DNA of 64,000 nucleotides from Rhizodiscina lignyota (Eukaryota): NCBI GenBank assembly GCA_010015805.1, contig ML978134.1, positions 620,001 to 684,000 of the forward strand, read 5' to 3'. Shown piece by piece: positions 61,341 to 64,000 of this stretch (position 1 is its first letter; each line of letters starts with the position of its first letter). The notes under the pieces were generated by a model. It saw only the letters and a program-made list of their open reading frames with translations, ran no database searches and was not told where the DNA came from. The position numbers and the translations under genes were made by a program.

Positions 61341-63951
61341 AAATGTTGACTGTAACGTCCGTACAGTGGTTCGACACGTCGGGTCTCGCCCGCCTAGTGT
61401 GATGCCACACGCTTCGCCAAAACTTGGTAATTTTGGAAAATACAATACCCCACAAGTTGCTGTATTTGGGCAAAGCGTGCGACTTCTCGCTACCAGGGAG
61501 CGTACCGACGTGTCCACCCACTGTATCATGGCTGTCAAAGGAGCTGCATGGGAGCAATGCGACTATGACAGCGCCAAGCGGACCTTCTTCGAATCACAAT
61601 ACTTCCGAACAGAAGAGTAATTCTCTCCGAAATCTCTCTCTGAACCTCACCACCGGATTCAAGGTATCACCAAGCTTACAGACGATCACGGGTACGATAG
61701 CCATCCCCACGAAACAGTAAAAAAGAGACGTCGCTTGAGATTCGAGCATCCCGTCACATCCAGCTCTTCGATATGCGTCGTCCAAGGAGTTTGTCGCGCA
61801 AGATTCCGGCGAAAACGCTTGCAGGTGGTTACACACAAACCATCTGGATTCCCATTGCTCCCTCACCGTCTCTTGCGTGCCGATCCGCTGCGGCTGGGTC
61901 CAACAGGATGCGGCCTTAGATGAGCTGAGCTTCTTTCTCCTGCAGGCTCTCCAGTAATCCCCTTCACCTGGACATCTCATTCGTTACCGTTTTCAGGAAA
62001 TGAGAACATATCTGGGGAGCATGCCGCACATCCTCAATTGAAACGACCATAGGCGAAGCACCGATGATGCTAGCGATCGCTGCATCCCTGGCACGTCAGC
62101 TGCATAAGCGCACCTCATCGAGAACGAACAATTATCTCTCTCAGCCGCGCTAACTTCTGTCACTTGAAGATAGACATATTGCCAACCTCGAACACCCAAT
62201 CCACAGTCCAGGAACGTGGAGAGCTTCGCATGCGAGGAATGCGCGTTCCCACGTCCATGCCAGCTCTACCTGCATTGAGGATCGGTTGTCAGTGCAGCGA
62301 ACGCCACGCTTCTTCTCAGGCCGGTTCAAGTTTCTGTGACAGCGCCGGGTTGCTCCCCTTCACAGGATGACAGCACCCACGCCATGCCATGCTATTCACC
62401 CATTCACGTGGGATACGCAGGTGCACATGGACTCGCAGACCACAGGCTGCCTAGAGAACTCTCCTGAGATGGCATTGTGCAACTTGTCATGCAATTTGTC
62501 CTTGAGACAGAAGGGAAGTGGCGCTCGCTCGTCATGTCCCGCTTGCGATGGCCTGGCATGCGTCAACTAGTCGCTACTCACGACCATCGCCCTTAGGATG
62601 CCGACTGGGAGATCTATGCTTAAAGCAACCCCACAATTTGAGCACGGCCAACTATCCAGTTCGCGAGCCAGTCTCTGCAAACGTTTCTCTAATCACAGAT
62701 CTAGGACGGCTTGGGTAAATTAGTCGAGACCGTATCCCAAATTGACGGATGCGGCAATCTCCCAGAAATCGCCGTCTTCAGCATTCCACCGCAAAGGCTC
62801 TCATACAAATACTGACCCGTGACGCTTAGACAAAGAAGTTCTTTCTAAACTCCTCATCTCTAAGAGATTTTGCAGAAAAGGACTTTGGGAGAACGGAGCC
62901 AGGAAAAAGAAGAGCTTATTGCACTTGCATAGCGCGTCTTCATTGACAGCACTAACGTGGACGCGCAAGTTTCTTGTGCTGCCATACCAGAACAAAGGGG
63001 CAACCAGTGCTTTCCACGCGACTTAGTGGAGAGGAATGGAAGAGGCTAAACAGCCTGAGACATCGAACACCAGGCAACTTGCAACAGAGGCAGCTGTCGT
63101 TGCAAAGCCATAACGACTTCAAGCGGGTTCGAAGTGGGAGCAATTCCTCTTCCACCAACGATTGCTGCGCAGCACACATCTGCTGCGTCTGCATTGACCC
63201 ACTGCTTGTTCAGGAACAACCTCACGGCTGTTCGCAAAACAAGGTCCGTTCACCTTCCCGCTTGACGGTTCTCACGTCTTGCATTTTCCCCATTACCCTT
63301 CGCTAGCTTGGTCGGCCTTTGGAGAAGCTTCTCTTGTCCCGCTGCATCTTCGCGAGACACTGGAGCAAGCAGCCACAAGCTAGCAGCCGCACCAAAGAAT
63401 CTGAGACCAACTAAAACATATCCAGATAAGAATAAAACATACCGTTATCCTTCCAGGCTGTTGGAACACCTGCAGAATTTGGAACCGATTTCCAGAAAGG
63501 TTCCTTAAACGGCTGAGTGCGCTGTCTGCACTGCTAGACGACTACGATCAGTGCCTGTCTCCGTTCGATATTTCCAACTCCGCAATTCTCATCGACGGAT
63601 CGTCGCACTTGCAATACGATATCTTCGACATCTCAGAGTCTATCTTCACGACCCTGTCCTTCGATTGCAACCTCGGTCCGCACCAATCCTCCTCACAACC
63701 TCCTAAGTACCAGCCTTACCGACCGTGACCTTCGTCACCATCGCACGTCATTATCGTTGATAGCAGAAGCGATGACATCTGTTACTCCACAGTCTCCACC
63801 ATCAGGCTCCGGAACAACAGAATTGCAGTACAACCTCCACCATCTTGTCGCGCACAACGCTACGACGCCACCTTACGACCATCCTCCTGACGCAAAATAT
63901 CTACGATCACACCCAGCATCATCCCAGTTCAGTTCGCCACAACCAGCCGAA

Positions 63952-64000
63952 ATGTCTGTCGTGCAGGATCCGTACCTGACGCCGGGGTATGGACAGTACC
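63952..64000 (+). CDS. Possible start of a gene running off the window (MSVVQDPYLTPGYGQY..)
   Basis: ATG in an A(-3)-like context after a long C/A-rich, leader-like stretch. Only 16 codons are visible. Confidence 0.3.
   Translation, partial: MSVVQDPYLTPGYGQY

Noticed and set aside
1..64000. tRNA, rRNA or intact transposable elements
   Set aside because: No cloverleaf with T-loop, rRNA signature, transposase/RT ORF, LTR or TIR pair was recognised by eye; tRNAscan-SE, Infernal and RepeatMasker would be needed to exclude them.

Overview
Eukaryotic DNA from a filamentous ascomycete: genes have short GT-AG introns with CTRAC/CTAAT branch points and fungal-type products, so the ORF track splits most genes. 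Splice models below were read by eye. The window has three zones. (1) About 1-23 kb is accessory-like: a PrpD fragment, a HET-domain gene head-to-head with a GHKL-ATPase/NOV-type nuclease gene, a frameshifted L-amino-acid oxidase, an AtuA-like gene, a GH92 mannosidase, a Cys-rich secreted protein with a pore-former-like hairpin, and a secreted precursor built from six His/Asp/Lys-rich peptides, each ending in HF and separated by Kex2 KR sites. (2) About 24.5-56.2 kb is mostly housekeeping genes (KAP114, REV7, TMA46, OST4, RPL26, an RBR E3 ligase, RRP42), interrupted by a GNAT gene and a secreted GH35/GH43/DUF5703 trio. (3) About 56.2-63.9 kb has no convincing CDS. The strongest candidates for new biology are the His-rich KEX2-processed repeat precursor (14474-15399), the HET + GHKL-nuclease pair, and the putative beta-pore-forming secreted protein.
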